Shown piece after piece: positions 45,232-55,200 of a DNA stretch of 64,000 nucleotides. Position 1 is the stretch's first letter. Each line of letters begins with the position of its first letter. The notes beneath the pieces are model-generated. The model was not told where the DNA came from, made no database searches, and saw only the letters and a list, made by a program, of their open reading frames with translations. The position numbers and the translations under genes are program-made. Source of the stretch: a virus; the IMG/VR virus record IMGVR_UViG_3300036846_001209, positions 8,715-72,714 of that record, one strand, 5' to 3'.

Positions 45232-48169
45232 TGTGCTTCGCCCTAGACTTCAGGACGAACTGATCCAGCACCTTGCAGCCGACCTCGGGGTCGCCGTTGC
45301 CCGCGGCGCGGACCTGGGCGGGCGACAGCACATACTCGCCGCCAGCGGCGACGATCGGCACGCCCTCATCGCTGCCGCCATCGGTCGCCCGCCCGCCGCG
45401 GGAGTTCTGCAGCGCCTCGCCGTAGGGACCGGCGCCCTGGCCGTAGGGGCCGCCTGCCTGGCCGTAGGGCGCGCCGCCGAACAGGCGCCGCATCACCCGG
45501 AACCCGGCCTGGGTGTTGCCCTCGCCGTGCGCGCTGACGACGTCCGCGGGCAGCACGTAAGATCCCGACGGCACATGCATGTTGAGATGGTCCGTCCGCC
45601 CACTGACATGCGAGTGGATCGGCCCGACATGCAGGTGGTGGCGGCGGTGGTCGAGGTTGGAGTGGAAGAGCAGCGGGCCGCCGTGAGCGCGCCCAGGCGG
45701 CTCTAGTCCTCCTCCTCCTGATCCGGGTGCTTCGGGAGGTGGCTGATTATCGCCTGGATCTGGTCGAACGACAGGTTGGCGAAGTGCGCGTGCAGCGGGT
45801 CGTCGGCGTCGATCATCACCGCCTGCTCGTGCCTTTTCGATCTCGTTGGCGACTTGGTGTGCGGCTTCTTCATAACTGATGTCCGCCGACGGGCGGCCTC
45901 CGAGGTCGCCATAGAGGCGCTTCTCATAGTACCACAGGACTGCCTGAATATCAGCAGTCGAGATGTCGTGTCCGGCCTTCTTGAGTAACTGTCTCGCCTT
46001 CTCGGTTGTCTTTAGCATGAAGGTCCGGTCGGTGGCGCGGAACGGCTGATCCTCGAGGTTCTCGAAAGCGGCCTTGTGGATGGTGTTGGCGGCCTTCTCG
46101 ATCTCGGCGCGCCGCGGATTGAAGCCGGGGGGATGCTTGAAGCCGCGCTCGGCGTAGGCGTCGCGGTAGGGGACGGTGGCGGCGAGCGCCTCGTCGTCGC
46201 TCATCATGTGCGCGGGCAGGTTCCGGCGTTCGTGGTTGGTGACCAGTTGCTTGAAGCGGTCGAGGCCTTCGCGGGTCGGCTCGGGGATCAGGGTGCCGCG
46301 GTAGCGGTTGAAGGTCCGCGACCACCAGCGGTCCATCGTCAGGTAGCCGTGGGCGCCCATCAGGTTGGCGTAGAACGCGCCCAGCTTCGGGCCGAAGAGC
46401 AGCGCCGCCATCGGCATCTTGGTGTCGGCCTGGTAGGCGGTGGAGAACGGCAGGCCCGCCTTCTTGGCGGCTTTCGCCAGTTCGCCGACGGTCGATTCCT
46501 GCATGAGGTGCTTGCGCATCCCGGCCGGACCCATCGTGTCGAACAGGCGCTGGATGTTGGAGACGTTCTGGTCGACCGAGGCCTGCCGCTGGTGGCCGCG
46601 GGAGGTGGTGAACTGGCCGGTGTTGCGGAAGTTGCCGTAGAGGTCGAGCGCTTGGCGGAAGTTCGGCACCACCTTCTGCCCGTCCGAGGTGACCGCGATC
46701 AGCGACGTCAGCAGGTGCCGCGACTCCTTCGGCGAGATGGTGCGCCCGTCCGGCAGCGTCAGCCCAGGTGCACCGCGCTTGCGGCTGAGCTCGGGGTGGA
46801 TGGCGGCGAAGCGGTCGAGCGCCTTCTTGAACTTGAACGAGTACCAGCCGGCGCCGGACTTCTTCGGGGTCTTGAGCTCGTGGGCGACCTCCTTCGCCAT
46901 CCACGGCGCGATGCGGTCGCCTGCCTCCTCGGAGGTGTCGTGCCGATCGATCATCCCGGCTTCCGCGCGCTGCCGCGCCTCGAGCGCCGCGGCGACGTTG
47001 CGGACGGAGTGCTTCTGGTTGGGGTCGAGGCCCTGTGCCGCGAGCGTATCCTTGCGCTGGCGCAGCGGCAGCGAGGTGCCCCACTCCTCGTTGGTGCCGT
47101 CGATCGGGTTCGGCGTGAAGCGTGGCTCGGTGGGCATCGGGCGCTCGGCGCCAAGCATCGGCCCGCGCGCGGCCCGCATCGCGACGGCGACCGGATTGCG
47201 CTCGGCCATGAAGTCGGCGCCCAGGTTCGGCAGCGGAGCGGCCGCAGGCGGCGCGGGCGCAGGGGCTACAGGCTCGGGCGCGGCTTCCGGCATGGGTAGC
47301 GGCTCGCCAAGCCCGCCGCCCTCCTGGCGCGCTCTGCGGGCCGCGCCGCCCGCGGCGAACAACTGATCCTCGCGTCGGCCGTAGACCGGCCTGTGCGCCA
47401 GCATCACCGGCCCCGACTGCAGCACCCGCTGGGCGCTGACGATCGGCTCCTCGGTCTTGCGGTCGTAGAAGTAGGAGTGCCGCTCGGGGTCCATGCCGAC
47501 CTGAGCCCACTCGGGATCGTTGAGGTGCTGGCGGATCAGTTGGTGGATTGCGGCGGGATCTTGTTTCACCAACTTGCCATGTACCGCCGCGAAGGGCGAC
47601 TTGGCCTCTCCGCTGGCGATCTTCAGCGCCGTCTTCTGGGGCATACCGAACTGAGCATCGGTGATGTGCGCCGCAGGCTCGTAGGAGAGCGGCTTCATGG
47701 TCTTGCGGTCGTGGACGACCGGCGCCCAGACGCCGTGGTTGGTGTAGGCCGGGATGTCCAGCCTGAGCGACACCGGGTGGCCCTCGGGATACTCGTGCAG
47801 TTTGCCGATCCGGTCGTGCTTATTGGACGAGAGCGCCCGCTCCAGATCGGCGCGGCTCGCTAGCGGCGGCGGCTCGGCGTAGGGGCGCACCGGCTTGAAC
47901 GCCCGCACCAGGGCGCCGTAGTCGGCCCCGCCGATCTGACCGGCGGCTAACTGCTTGGCGCCCTCGGTTAGTTGCGGCACTCGCTTGGAGGCCTCGCGCG
48001 GGGTCATCGCCAGCCGGTCGGGCGCGAAACTGCCGCCACCGTCCTGGCGGCTCTGGCGCGCAGCCCGCATCGCGGCGGCGATCGCCTGGTCGCGCGGATG
48101 GCCCGCGTGGATCATCTCGGCGATGTTGCGCCCGACGACAGGCTCCGATGAACCATGCTCAAGGGGCAT
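45191..48169 (-). CDS. multidomain (polyvalent) virion protein with glycosylase-like central domain
   Basis: N-terminal MPL..G.S..NIAEM..GHP..QAIAAA; RLDIPAY domain; GWY...GPKLGAFYANL.G...LTMDRW...QAVLWYYEK domain; C-terminal GRTD..GSYVLPADVVS..GEG. Confidence 0.8.
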   Translation of the reverse strand: MPLEHGSSEPVVGRNIAEMIHAGHPRDQAIAAAMRAARQSRQDGGGSFAPDRLAMTPREASKRVPQLTEGAKQLAAGQIGGADYGALVRAFKPVRPYAEPPPLASRADLERALSSNKHDRIGKLHEYPEGHPVSLRLDIPAYTNHGVWAPVVHDRKTMKPLSYEPAAHITDAQFGMPQKTALKIASGEAKSPFAAVHGKLVKQDPAAIHQLIRQHLNDPEWAQVGMDPERHSYFYDRKTEEPIVSAQRVLQSGPVMLAHRPVYGRREDQLFAAGGAARRARQEGGGLGEPLPMPEAAPEPVAPAPAPPAAAPLPNLGADFMAERNPVAVAMRAARGPMLGAERPMPTEPRFTPNPIDGTNEEWGTSLPLRQRKDTLAAQGLDPNQKHSVRNVAAALEARQRAEAGMIDRHDTSEEAGDRIAPWMAKEVAHELKTPKKSGAGWYSFKFKKALDRFAAIHPELSRKRGAPGLTLPDGRTISPKESRHLLTSLIAVTSDGQKVVPNFRQALDLYGNFRNTGQFTTSRGHQRQASVDQNVSNIQRLFDTMGPAGMRKHLMQESTVGELAKAAKKAGLPFSTAYQADTKMPMAALLFGPKLGAFYANLMGAHGYLTMDRWWSRTFNRYRGTLIPEPTREGLDRFKQLVTNHERRNLPAHMMSDDEALAATVPYRDAYAERGFKHPPGFNPRRAEIEKAANTIHKAAFENLEDQPFRATDRTFMLKTTEKARQLLKKAGHDISTADIQAVLWYYEKRLYGDLGGRPSADISYEEAAHQVANEIEKARAGGDDRRRRPAARALRQPVVRPDPGDNQPPPEAPGSGGGGLEPPGRAHGGPLLFHSNLDHRRHHLHVGPIHSHVSGRTDHLNMHVPSGSYVLPADVVSAHGEGNTQAGFRVMRRLFGGAPYGQAGGPYGQGAGPYGEALQNSRGGRATDGGSDEGVPIVAAGGEYVLSPAQVRAAGNGDPEVGCKVLDQFVLKSRAKHISTLKGLPGPAKD
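45703..45873 (-). CDS. nested out-of-frame small protein (start 45873 or 45816)
   Basis: Strong GC3 bias in this frame while the host frame reads as Arg/Pro-rich linker; internal promoter-like element at 45926-45954. Confidence 0.55.
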   Translation of the reverse strand: MKKPHTKSPTRSKRHEQAVMIDADDPLHAHFANLSFDQIQAIISHLPKHPDQEEED

Positions 48170-48614
48170 AGCTGGCGAGCCTTCCGTTCGAACCAAGGTT
48201 CCTTGCTCGGATGCGCGTGACTAGGACTCGGCGCTCTTCGATCTCCTCGCTCGACAGCGGCCGCCGCTGCCCGCTTTTGGACTTCATCATCCTCGCGACC
48301 GCGATGGCATCCCGCGCTCGATCAGCCTTCACTGTGAGATAGGGCAGGAAGGCCTCAAGGATGTCGGCCGCATGTCGAGCGTGATACGTGCAGGTGTAGA
48401 TCGGCTTGCCTGATCGGGTCAGGCGCCGCTCCGTTCTCACATGGCCGCCGAAGACTTCAGCGAAACGCTCGACCGGCGCCCGATCACACATCGTGACGCT
48501 GATCGTCATCATCACGCTGTTTACGCTCGTGAAGTGGTGCCGGGCACTGATCGAGCCTTCACCGTCGAAGAGGCCAGCGAGGTAGGCGATCATCTCTGCA
48601 TGCGCGAGGGGCAT
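48159..48614 (-). CDS. free-standing LAGLIDADG homing endonuclease
   Basis: AYLAGLFDGEGSI...FGG.V...LPYLTVK. Confidence 0.9.
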   Translation of the reverse strand: MPLAHAEMIAYLAGLFDGEGSISARHHFTSVNSVMMTISVTMCDRAPVERFAEVFGGHVRTERRLTRSGKPIYTCTYHARHAADILEAFLPYLTVKADRARDAIAVARMMKSKSGQRRPLSSEEIEERRVLVTRIRARNLGSNGRLASYAP

Positions 48615-49012
48615 CAGGAGTAGCTCACGGTGACTGTCTGGCCGGCGCCGGGGATCACTACCAGACCGAGACTGACGGGCAGATTCACGAATACCGACCC
48701 GACCGCGTTCGGTATCACATAGATCACCGGGGCTGTCGCGGCGGCGCTGTTGGAGTCGACGATCGCGCCTGGCGCGGTGCCAGCGACGGTGACGTTGACG
48801 AACGCCACCCGGCCGGGTCCCAACTTCTGCAGCAGCGGGCCGCCGCTGACCCCCGGCGCGGTCGCCATCCCGTTCAGCTGCAACAGGGTTTGCCCGAGGT
48901 TGGCGATGTTGACGGCGACGTTCTTGACCGCGGTCAGCAAGTCGCTGAGAGACGCGCCGGCTGGGCCTTGACCATGCCCTGGGTGGCCGCCGCCTGGAGT
49001 TTCGAGGGTCAT
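48614..49012 (-). CDS. virion protein
   Basis: SLSDLLTAVKN...GLVVIPGAGQTVTVSYS; coupled. Confidence 0.65.
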   Translation of the reverse strand: MTLETPGGGHPGHGQGPAGASLSDLLTAVKNVAVNIANLGQTLLQLNGMATAPGVSGGPLLQKLGPGRVAFVNVTVAGTAPGAIVDSNSAAATAPVIYVIPNAVGSVFVNLPVSLGLVVIPGAGQTVTVSYS

Positions 49013-51096
49013 CCGTACCTCCCGGCGGGCTGGCCGCGGTAGCGGATGCGGCCGAGGCGCCAGAACGAGCCGATGTCGGACGACATGATCTGCATGGCGA
49101 AGAGCCGCGCGCGGGCGCGCAGGTTGAACCACGTGGATAGCTGGGTGACGCTGAACGGCCCGATTATCCACGGGATCTGCTCGGGGAAGTCGGCCAGGAA
49201 GAAGGTGATCTGCATGGTGGCGTTCTGCGGCGCGCCGTACTCGCCGTAGCGGAAGTCGGGCCACATCTCGTCGACGAAGGTCTTCATGTCCCCCTCGGAG
49301 AGGGTGAAGTAGCCGGTCTGGAAGGACGCGCTCATCGCCACCCCGTCGGCGTCGTTCGACACCTCGTGCTGGTAGATGAAGCGGCTCGTCGGATCAGCGC
49401 CGATCGGTGCTCCGAGCACGGACTGATCGATCCACGCCGAGCGCGCCAACTGGCCGTAGTCCCACCAGCCCAAGGCGTAGTTGTACTTCAGGAAGGTGCC
49501 GACCTCGCCGTTCGACCCCAAGGTCGGGATGTACCAGGCGATCTCGTTGAAGCGGCTGTTCACCGCAACGCGGATCTTGTCGACGGCGGCCATGTCGACG
49601 TCTTGGAACGCGACGTCCCAGACCGGGCAGGCGAGCGGCTGCACGCCTTCGCTGGTCATCGAGAAGAACTGGGTCGGCCCCATCCAGTAGACGACGCCGT
49701 TGGCCGCCGCGGCCGCCTTCCTCGAGATCAGCCCGCAGCCGGTGGCGACCTCGTTGAAGCCGTAGATGTAGGGCGGCCCGATGTACTGCATCGTCCAGAT
49801 CGCAAGGTCGGTCCACAGCAGCCCTTGCTGCGGCCCCTGGATGCCGCCGACGATCTTGGAGCCGCGCGGCAGACGGAACTTGCCCGCCTGGGAGCCGGTC
49901 GCCGGATTGGGGATCCAGTTATTGAAGTTGGAGACGTCGCACCACCTGACCAGCAGCGGGTCCTGAATCCCGGTGTCGGTCGAGCCCCAGGCGATGACCT
50001 GGCGTTGCGGCATCCCAACGAAAAAGCCGTCGTTCACGGTCGGCGCGTTGGGGATCACCGAGGCCTGCGGCGCGCCCGAGGTCGGGTCCCACTGGTAGAT
50101 CGGCTGGAAGAGGCTGTTGTTGACCGGGCAGCTGAGCAGCACCTGGCCGAAGTTGTCGAGCACCCAGTCCGAGGCGGTGATGAAGGCGCCGGTGGCGGGG
50201 TTGACCGCCTGCCCGCTGCCGCCGAACGGGCCGACGCCGAAACCACCCACGCCGAAGCCGGTGGGCGGCTGGGTCGGGCCGATGCCGAACGAGTAGAGGA
50301 TGCGCGCCGCGCCGCCGTTCACGGTGGCGGTCGCCGCCGAGGTGGCGCTGGCGTTGGCGATGATCGTGAAGCTGTTCGGCCCGAGGATGGTCTGGACGGC
50401 GTAGTTGCCGAAGACGGTGACGCCGCCGACCGGCGTCGCCACCAGCACCGAGTAGTTCTGGCCGGGCGTCAGCCCGTGGTTGGTCAGCCCGACGGTGACC
50501 ACCGGCGAGCCCACGGTGGTGGTGTAGGTGGCGACCGAGCCCGGCGAATCGGTGGTCGCTGCCGGCAGTGGGTTGCCCAGCACGTCGGTGGCGGTGATCT
50601 GGTACTGGGTCGCGTTGATCGCAGTGACCGGGTAGGCGCCGACGAGGTGCAGACCACCGACGCTGATGTTGGTCTGGATGTAGACGGTGTCGAACGAGGT
50701 GACGTTCGGCAGCGTCGGGTCGGTGATGATCACGTTCGGCGAACCGGCGGTGGTCGCGAAGGCGATGGTCGGGTTGGTGGTCGCGGTGGTCGGGGTGATG
50801 TCGCTCACCACGCCGCCGGTGACCACCGCAAGCTGGCTGCGCCCGCCATAGGCCTCGGTGCCGTAGGCGAGGTGCTTGACCGCGTTGGTGTCTTCCCAAC
50901 CCCAGAGCGCCCGCACCTTGGCGGGCGTCGCCGTGGCGAGGTACTTGGCCCAGCCGCCCAGCTTCTGCACCATCGGGCGCTGGTCGTCGTCGTACTGGTA
51001 GCGGATCAGTTGGCTGGCCGAGAGGCCGAACTGGTTGAGCGCCGGGGTCCGATTGACGTTCACACCATCGGCGAGCTCGACGGGCTGGTGGGGCAT
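49009..51096 (-). CDS. tail tubular/nozzle (stabilisation) protein
   Basis: QKLGGW, WVLDNFGQ, DPLLVRWCD, QAGKFRLP.GS, WRLGRIRY; beta-rich. Confidence 0.8.
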   Translation of the reverse strand: MPHQPVELADGVNVNRTPALNQFGLSASQLIRYQYDDDQRPMVQKLGGWAKYLATATPAKVRALWGWEDTNAVKHLAYGTEAYGGRSQLAVVTGGVVSDITPTTATTNPTIAFATTAGSPNVIITDPTLPNVTSFDTVYIQTNISVGGLHLVGAYPVTAINATQYQITATDVLGNPLPAATTDSPGSVATYTTTVGSPVVTVGLTNHGLTPGQNYSVLVATPVGGVTVFGNYAVQTILGPNSFTIIANASATSAATATVNGGAARILYSFGIGPTQPPTGFGVGGFGVGPFGGSGQAVNPATGAFITASDWVLDNFGQVLLSCPVNNSLFQPIYQWDPTSGAPQASVIPNAPTVNDGFFVGMPQRQVIAWGSTDTGIQDPLLVRWCDVSNFNNWIPNPATGSQAGKFRLPRGSKIVGGIQGPQQGLLWTDLAIWTMQYIGPPYIYGFNEVATGCGLISRKAAAAANGVVYWMGPTQFFSMTSEGVQPLACPVWDVAFQDVDMAAVDKIRVAVNSRFNEIAWYIPTLGSNGEVGTFLKYNYALGWWDYGQLARSAWIDQSVLGAPIGADPTSRFIYQHEVSNDADGVAMSASFQTGYFTLSEGDMKTFVDEMWPDFRYGEYGAPQNATMQITFFLADFPEQIPWIIGPFSVTQLSTWFNLRARARLFAMQIMSSDIGSFWRLGRIRYRGQPAGRYG

Positions 51097-51103
51097 CTCG
51101 AGT

Positions 51104-51886
51104 TCATGTCCGCGTCGGGGTGGCGACCGGCGACGGAGCTCGCGATGTCCAGGCGTCGGCTTCGAAGCGCTTGCGGTACTCCTCCTTGTCCACCGCGGCC
51201 AGCAGCGTGCCGTACTGCGTCTCGTAGGAGAGCGCCATCTGCGGGTCGTCGGACTGGCGCCCGAAGTCGCGCTGATAGGCGCTGACGTAGATCATGCACG
51301 CCATCACCAGAAGGTCCGGCAGCCAAGTTGAGATCCACGTGGTCCCGACATTGGCCTGGGCGGCAGTGGCGTAGGTGGTGAGCGACGGCGCGCGCATGGT
51401 GCCGTAGAGCGAGACTGGATAAGCGATATCGGGCGGCGGTCCGAACAGGATCATGTTGCCGGTGAGGCCGCCGGTCGCGAAGTCGCCACCGCCCATCGCG
51501 AACACCGTCGGCGCCCCCGGCGCCGAGTCGCCCGGCCAGCAGACGTTGAGGTAGGGAATCGAGACGGGCAGCACCGACCTCCACCCACTTTTGCCGCCGA
51601 TGTTGATCTCCACCATCTGGATGACCACGAAGTCGGCGGGGGGCACCGACAGCCACTGATAACCCGGCGTCAGCGTGTAGCCGGCGCGGGCCGTCTGCGT
51701 CGCCAGGAGCTCGAGATCGCGTTGAATCCGCTGTTCTGCGTAGTTCAGCATCTGCGGGATCAGCGCGGTGAAGTTTGGGTCGACGCCCTGCAGCACACCG
51801 CTCACCATCTGCGTCTGGTAGGGCGCCAGCAGCGCCACCTGGGTGACAAGGCCGTTGTAGGTGAGGGCGGTCGGGGCGCCAGCCAT
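51104..51886 (-). CDS. head-tail adaptor-like protein
   Basis: LTYNGL..NYAEQRIQRDL...GPPPD.AY...TTWIS..PDLL. Confidence 0.7.
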   Translation of the reverse strand: MAGAPTALTYNGLVTQVALLAPYQTQMVSGVLQGVDPNFTALIPQMLNYAEQRIQRDLELLATQTARAGYTLTPGYQWLSVPPADFVVIQMVEINIGGKSGWRSVLPVSIPYLNVCWPGDSAPGAPTVFAMGGGDFATGGLTGNMILFGPPPDIAYPVSLYGTMRAPSLTTYATAAQANVGTTWISTWLPDLLVMACMIYVSAYQRDFGRQSDDPQMALSYETQYGTLLAAVDKEEYRKRFEADAWTSRAPSPVATPTRT

Positions 51887-51887
51887 C

Positions 51888-52220
51888 TCAGAGGCTCGGG
51901 ATCGGCGCGTCGGGCGGCGCCGTGGGCGGGACCAGCGGGTCTTGCGAGGGGCGGCTGACAAACAGCGGCGCTTGGCCGATGGCCGCCGGCATCTCCACCC
52001 CGTCGAACGGGTTGATCTCGGGCAACGCCGCGCCTGCCGATCCGAAGTAGCCGGGGGCGACGCCGGCATCCTGCTCCAGCGCGCGCATCAGGTTGGAGAA
52101 CGTCGCGTAGGCAAAGGCCACTGAGAGCGCCTGCTGCGGCGCGGTGATGGTGGTGCGCAGGATGTCCAGCGCCTCACGCGCCCGCACGCCCCTGCCGTTC
52201 AGTTCTCGCGGATCGATCAC
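51888..52220 (-). CDS. hypothetical protein (possible fibre chaperone)
   Basis: GTG start coupled to the tailspike stop; AGGAGG RBS. Confidence 0.55.
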   Translation of the reverse strand: MIDPRELNGRGVRAREALDILRTTITAPQQALSVAFAYATFSNLMRALEQDAGVAPGYFGSAGAALPEINPFDGVEMPAAIGQAPLFVSRPSQDPLVPPTAPPDAPIPSL

Positions 52221-55200
52221 ATCGGTCCTCCTGTCGACATCACCCACCAGTGGCCGCCGGGCGCAGCGGCGCTGGCGTTGCCGACCCACTTGAGCCGCAC
52301 GACGGTCTGCTGACCACCCTGGCCGATGTTGATGGTCGGCGTCGGCGCCTTCACCGTCGTCGGGTCCCACTGCACGATCATGCCGCCCGCGATGGTCGAG
52401 CCGGGGGTCAGGAAGAGGTCGATGTCGACGATCAGGCCCGCCCCGAGCGGCACGAGGCCGAGCACGGTGTTGTTCGCCGAGACGGTGCAGTAGACGTTCG
52501 ACTGGCCGAGGTAGGTGATGCCGATGGTGAACGGGGTGCTCGCCGCGGTCACGCCGAACCGCGGCGGCTGCGTATACTGCGCACCACTCTTGTAGGAGAA
52601 CGAGCCGGGAGCGCCCTCCCCAGGGCGGATACCTTGCCCCTGGATGCCGCCCGGCACCGCGTAGGGGTTGTCCATCCGGCTGATCAAGCCGACCTTGCCG
52701 TAGCCGCCAAGCTGGCACTGGTCGAGCGCGCCGACGCCCCAGAACACGTCGAAGTCGATGACCATGTGGGTGAGGCCGCCATCGGCGATGCCGGCGCTCC
52801 AGTAGCCGAAGCCGTCGATCGCGTAGGTCGCCGCGTTCTGCGGGTTGCCGTAGTTGTCGACGATCTCCCAGAGCGGCTGGGTGATCGAGGCGACGCCGGC
52901 CTGCATCTCCTCGCTGGGGATCGCGCCGAGCGTCTGGTTGATCACGTAGACGCCGACGCCGCCCGTGGTGTTGGCGCTCATCGTCTGCGACGCCACCAAG
53001 AGGTTGCCCAGGCCGCTCAGCGCGTAGGTGCCGACGCCGCCGGTGCCGGTGCTGGTCAGGCTGGGGACGATGGTCGCCTGCGCGGTGAGGCCCGCCGGGC
53101 CGCCGGTCACCGGCACGTTGACGGTCTGGCCGACGCCCAGCACGCCGCTCGCCATCGCCGTCACGGTGAGGACGGCGCCGACGGCCCCATGACCATCATC
53201 CACGGTGGCGGTGAACGCCGCCGCGAGGCCGCCGCCGCTGAGCGGCCACGCCGCGGTCATCGCTTCGCTCGCGACAGTCACCGCGGCGCTGTAGTTGTAG
53301 AGGCCGATGCCGCCGGTTGCCCCGCTAAGCTGCGCACCCAGGATGATGTTGGCTGGAACGCCAGCGCCCTGGATCAGTTGGCCGGGGACCAGCGCGCCCG
53401 AGGTGATCGCGGTGACGTTCAACTGCTGGCTGGTGTTCATCGAGCCAGTGAAAGCGCAGTGGCCGCTAAGTTGCGCTGAGCCGCTGACGTTGTAGGTCCC
53501 CGCTCCGCCCGGCGGGCCGCTGATCTGGCTAAGGATGACGCTGCCGGCGTTCACCTTGCCGCCGGTCAGCGGCGAGCCTGGGCGGACAGAACCTGCAGCC
53601 ACCGCCGTCACGGTCAGGATGCTGCCCGGCGTGACGCCGCCCGCGCTGCCGTCGTCCACATAGCCGGTGAACCCGGCGCCCTCGGCGGCGATCTGAGCCG
53701 GCGGGGTGGTCGGCAGGCCCGCGCCGCCGAGATACTGGCCCACCGCCAGGACGCCGCTCGCGACCGCAGTGACGGTCAGCAGGGCGCCGCTGATCGAGCC
53801 GGTGAAGTCCGCACCGATGGCTTGGGAGAACGCCAGCGTGTACTGGCCGACCGCGCCAGCCGCGCCCGAGGTCTGCGCGACGAGGAAGTTGAAGCCGGAA
53901 ACGGAAGCGCCGAGCAAGATCGGGTTGGTGGGCGCGCCGAAGATGTTCGCCGTCGTGCCGCTCGACTGCAAGTACCAGCCGCTGGCGCCGGGGTGCTGGT
54001 TCTGCACCTTGCCCGCCAGCGCCATCGCGATCCCCGAGCCATCGGGGAAGATGCCCTGGCTGGGCAGCATCACCCAATCGCCCGCGTTGAGCGGCTGGGC
54101 GCTCTGCAGCAGGTTGAAGCCCTTCGCGATGGTCGTGCCCCAGCCGCTCGCGTTGCGCTGGAACTGGCCGAAGTGGGTGACCGCGCCCCAGTTCGGCGGC
54201 GCGCCGGCCGAGGCGCGGAATATCTTGTACCAGTTCGCGCCCGCGCGCAGGAAACCCGGCGTAACGGTCAATGTGTTGGCGGTGTTGGACTGGATGGTGC
54301 AGGGGTTGGAGGCCTGCCACACGCCGGGCGCAAGTATCCAGACGCCGCAGCCGGCCCACTGGTTAGGCGTCCAGCCGGGGCTCGGCGTGAACGAGATCAC
54401 CGTCGTCGTGGTCGAGGCGTCGCTCAATATCCAGGGCGGCCCGCCGTCGTCGGCCAGCATCACGGTGGTGTAGTTGTCGAGCGCGTTGGCGCTCCCCACC
54501 GCCGGGTTGTTGACCGCCAGCAGCGTCTGCGGCGTCCAATGCATGTTGGGCGACCAGCCGGGGTAGTAGCCGCCGGTCGTCCAGTTCGTCACGCTGGACT
54601 GGTGGCTGGTGTCGATCATCCCGACCGAGGCTTCGGAGCGGCAGCCGATCACCACGCACGACTCGGTGGCGACCTGGGCGGCGTAGAAGTCGGCGCCGCC
54701 CAGGTGGACCTGGGAGCGCATCGGGACCTGATAGTAGACCTGGGACAGCGTCTCGTTCTCGGTCAGCATCGTGTAGGCGCTGAACGAGCCGCCGAACGCC
54801 CCGACGCCGTAGCGCGGGCAGGCCTGGGTCTGACCGCCGAAGAAGGTGCCGGCGATGGCGTTGGCGCCGCCGAAGGTGAAGCCGTCGTCGCAGCCCTGCA
54901 CCCAGCACCCGAAGAAGAGTTGGGTGTCGCCCTGCGCGGCGCCGCCTTCAGGCGAGACGGCGACACCGCACTTGCTGGTGGCGTAGTTACCGCTGATCGA
55001 CCAGTCGTGCAGCGTGTTGTTCTCGACGTTGAGGCCGGGCGCGCCGGGGGTGTGCGAGAGGCTGACGAGGTAGTTGCTGACGCCACCCAACGACGAGTCG
55101 GCGACAGCGAGGCTTTTGACCGTGCTGAAAGCCAGCGTGTTGAACTTCACCGCTGGGCCGACGTTGGTGGTCGCCGTAGCGTTGCCCTTCCAGATGAGGG

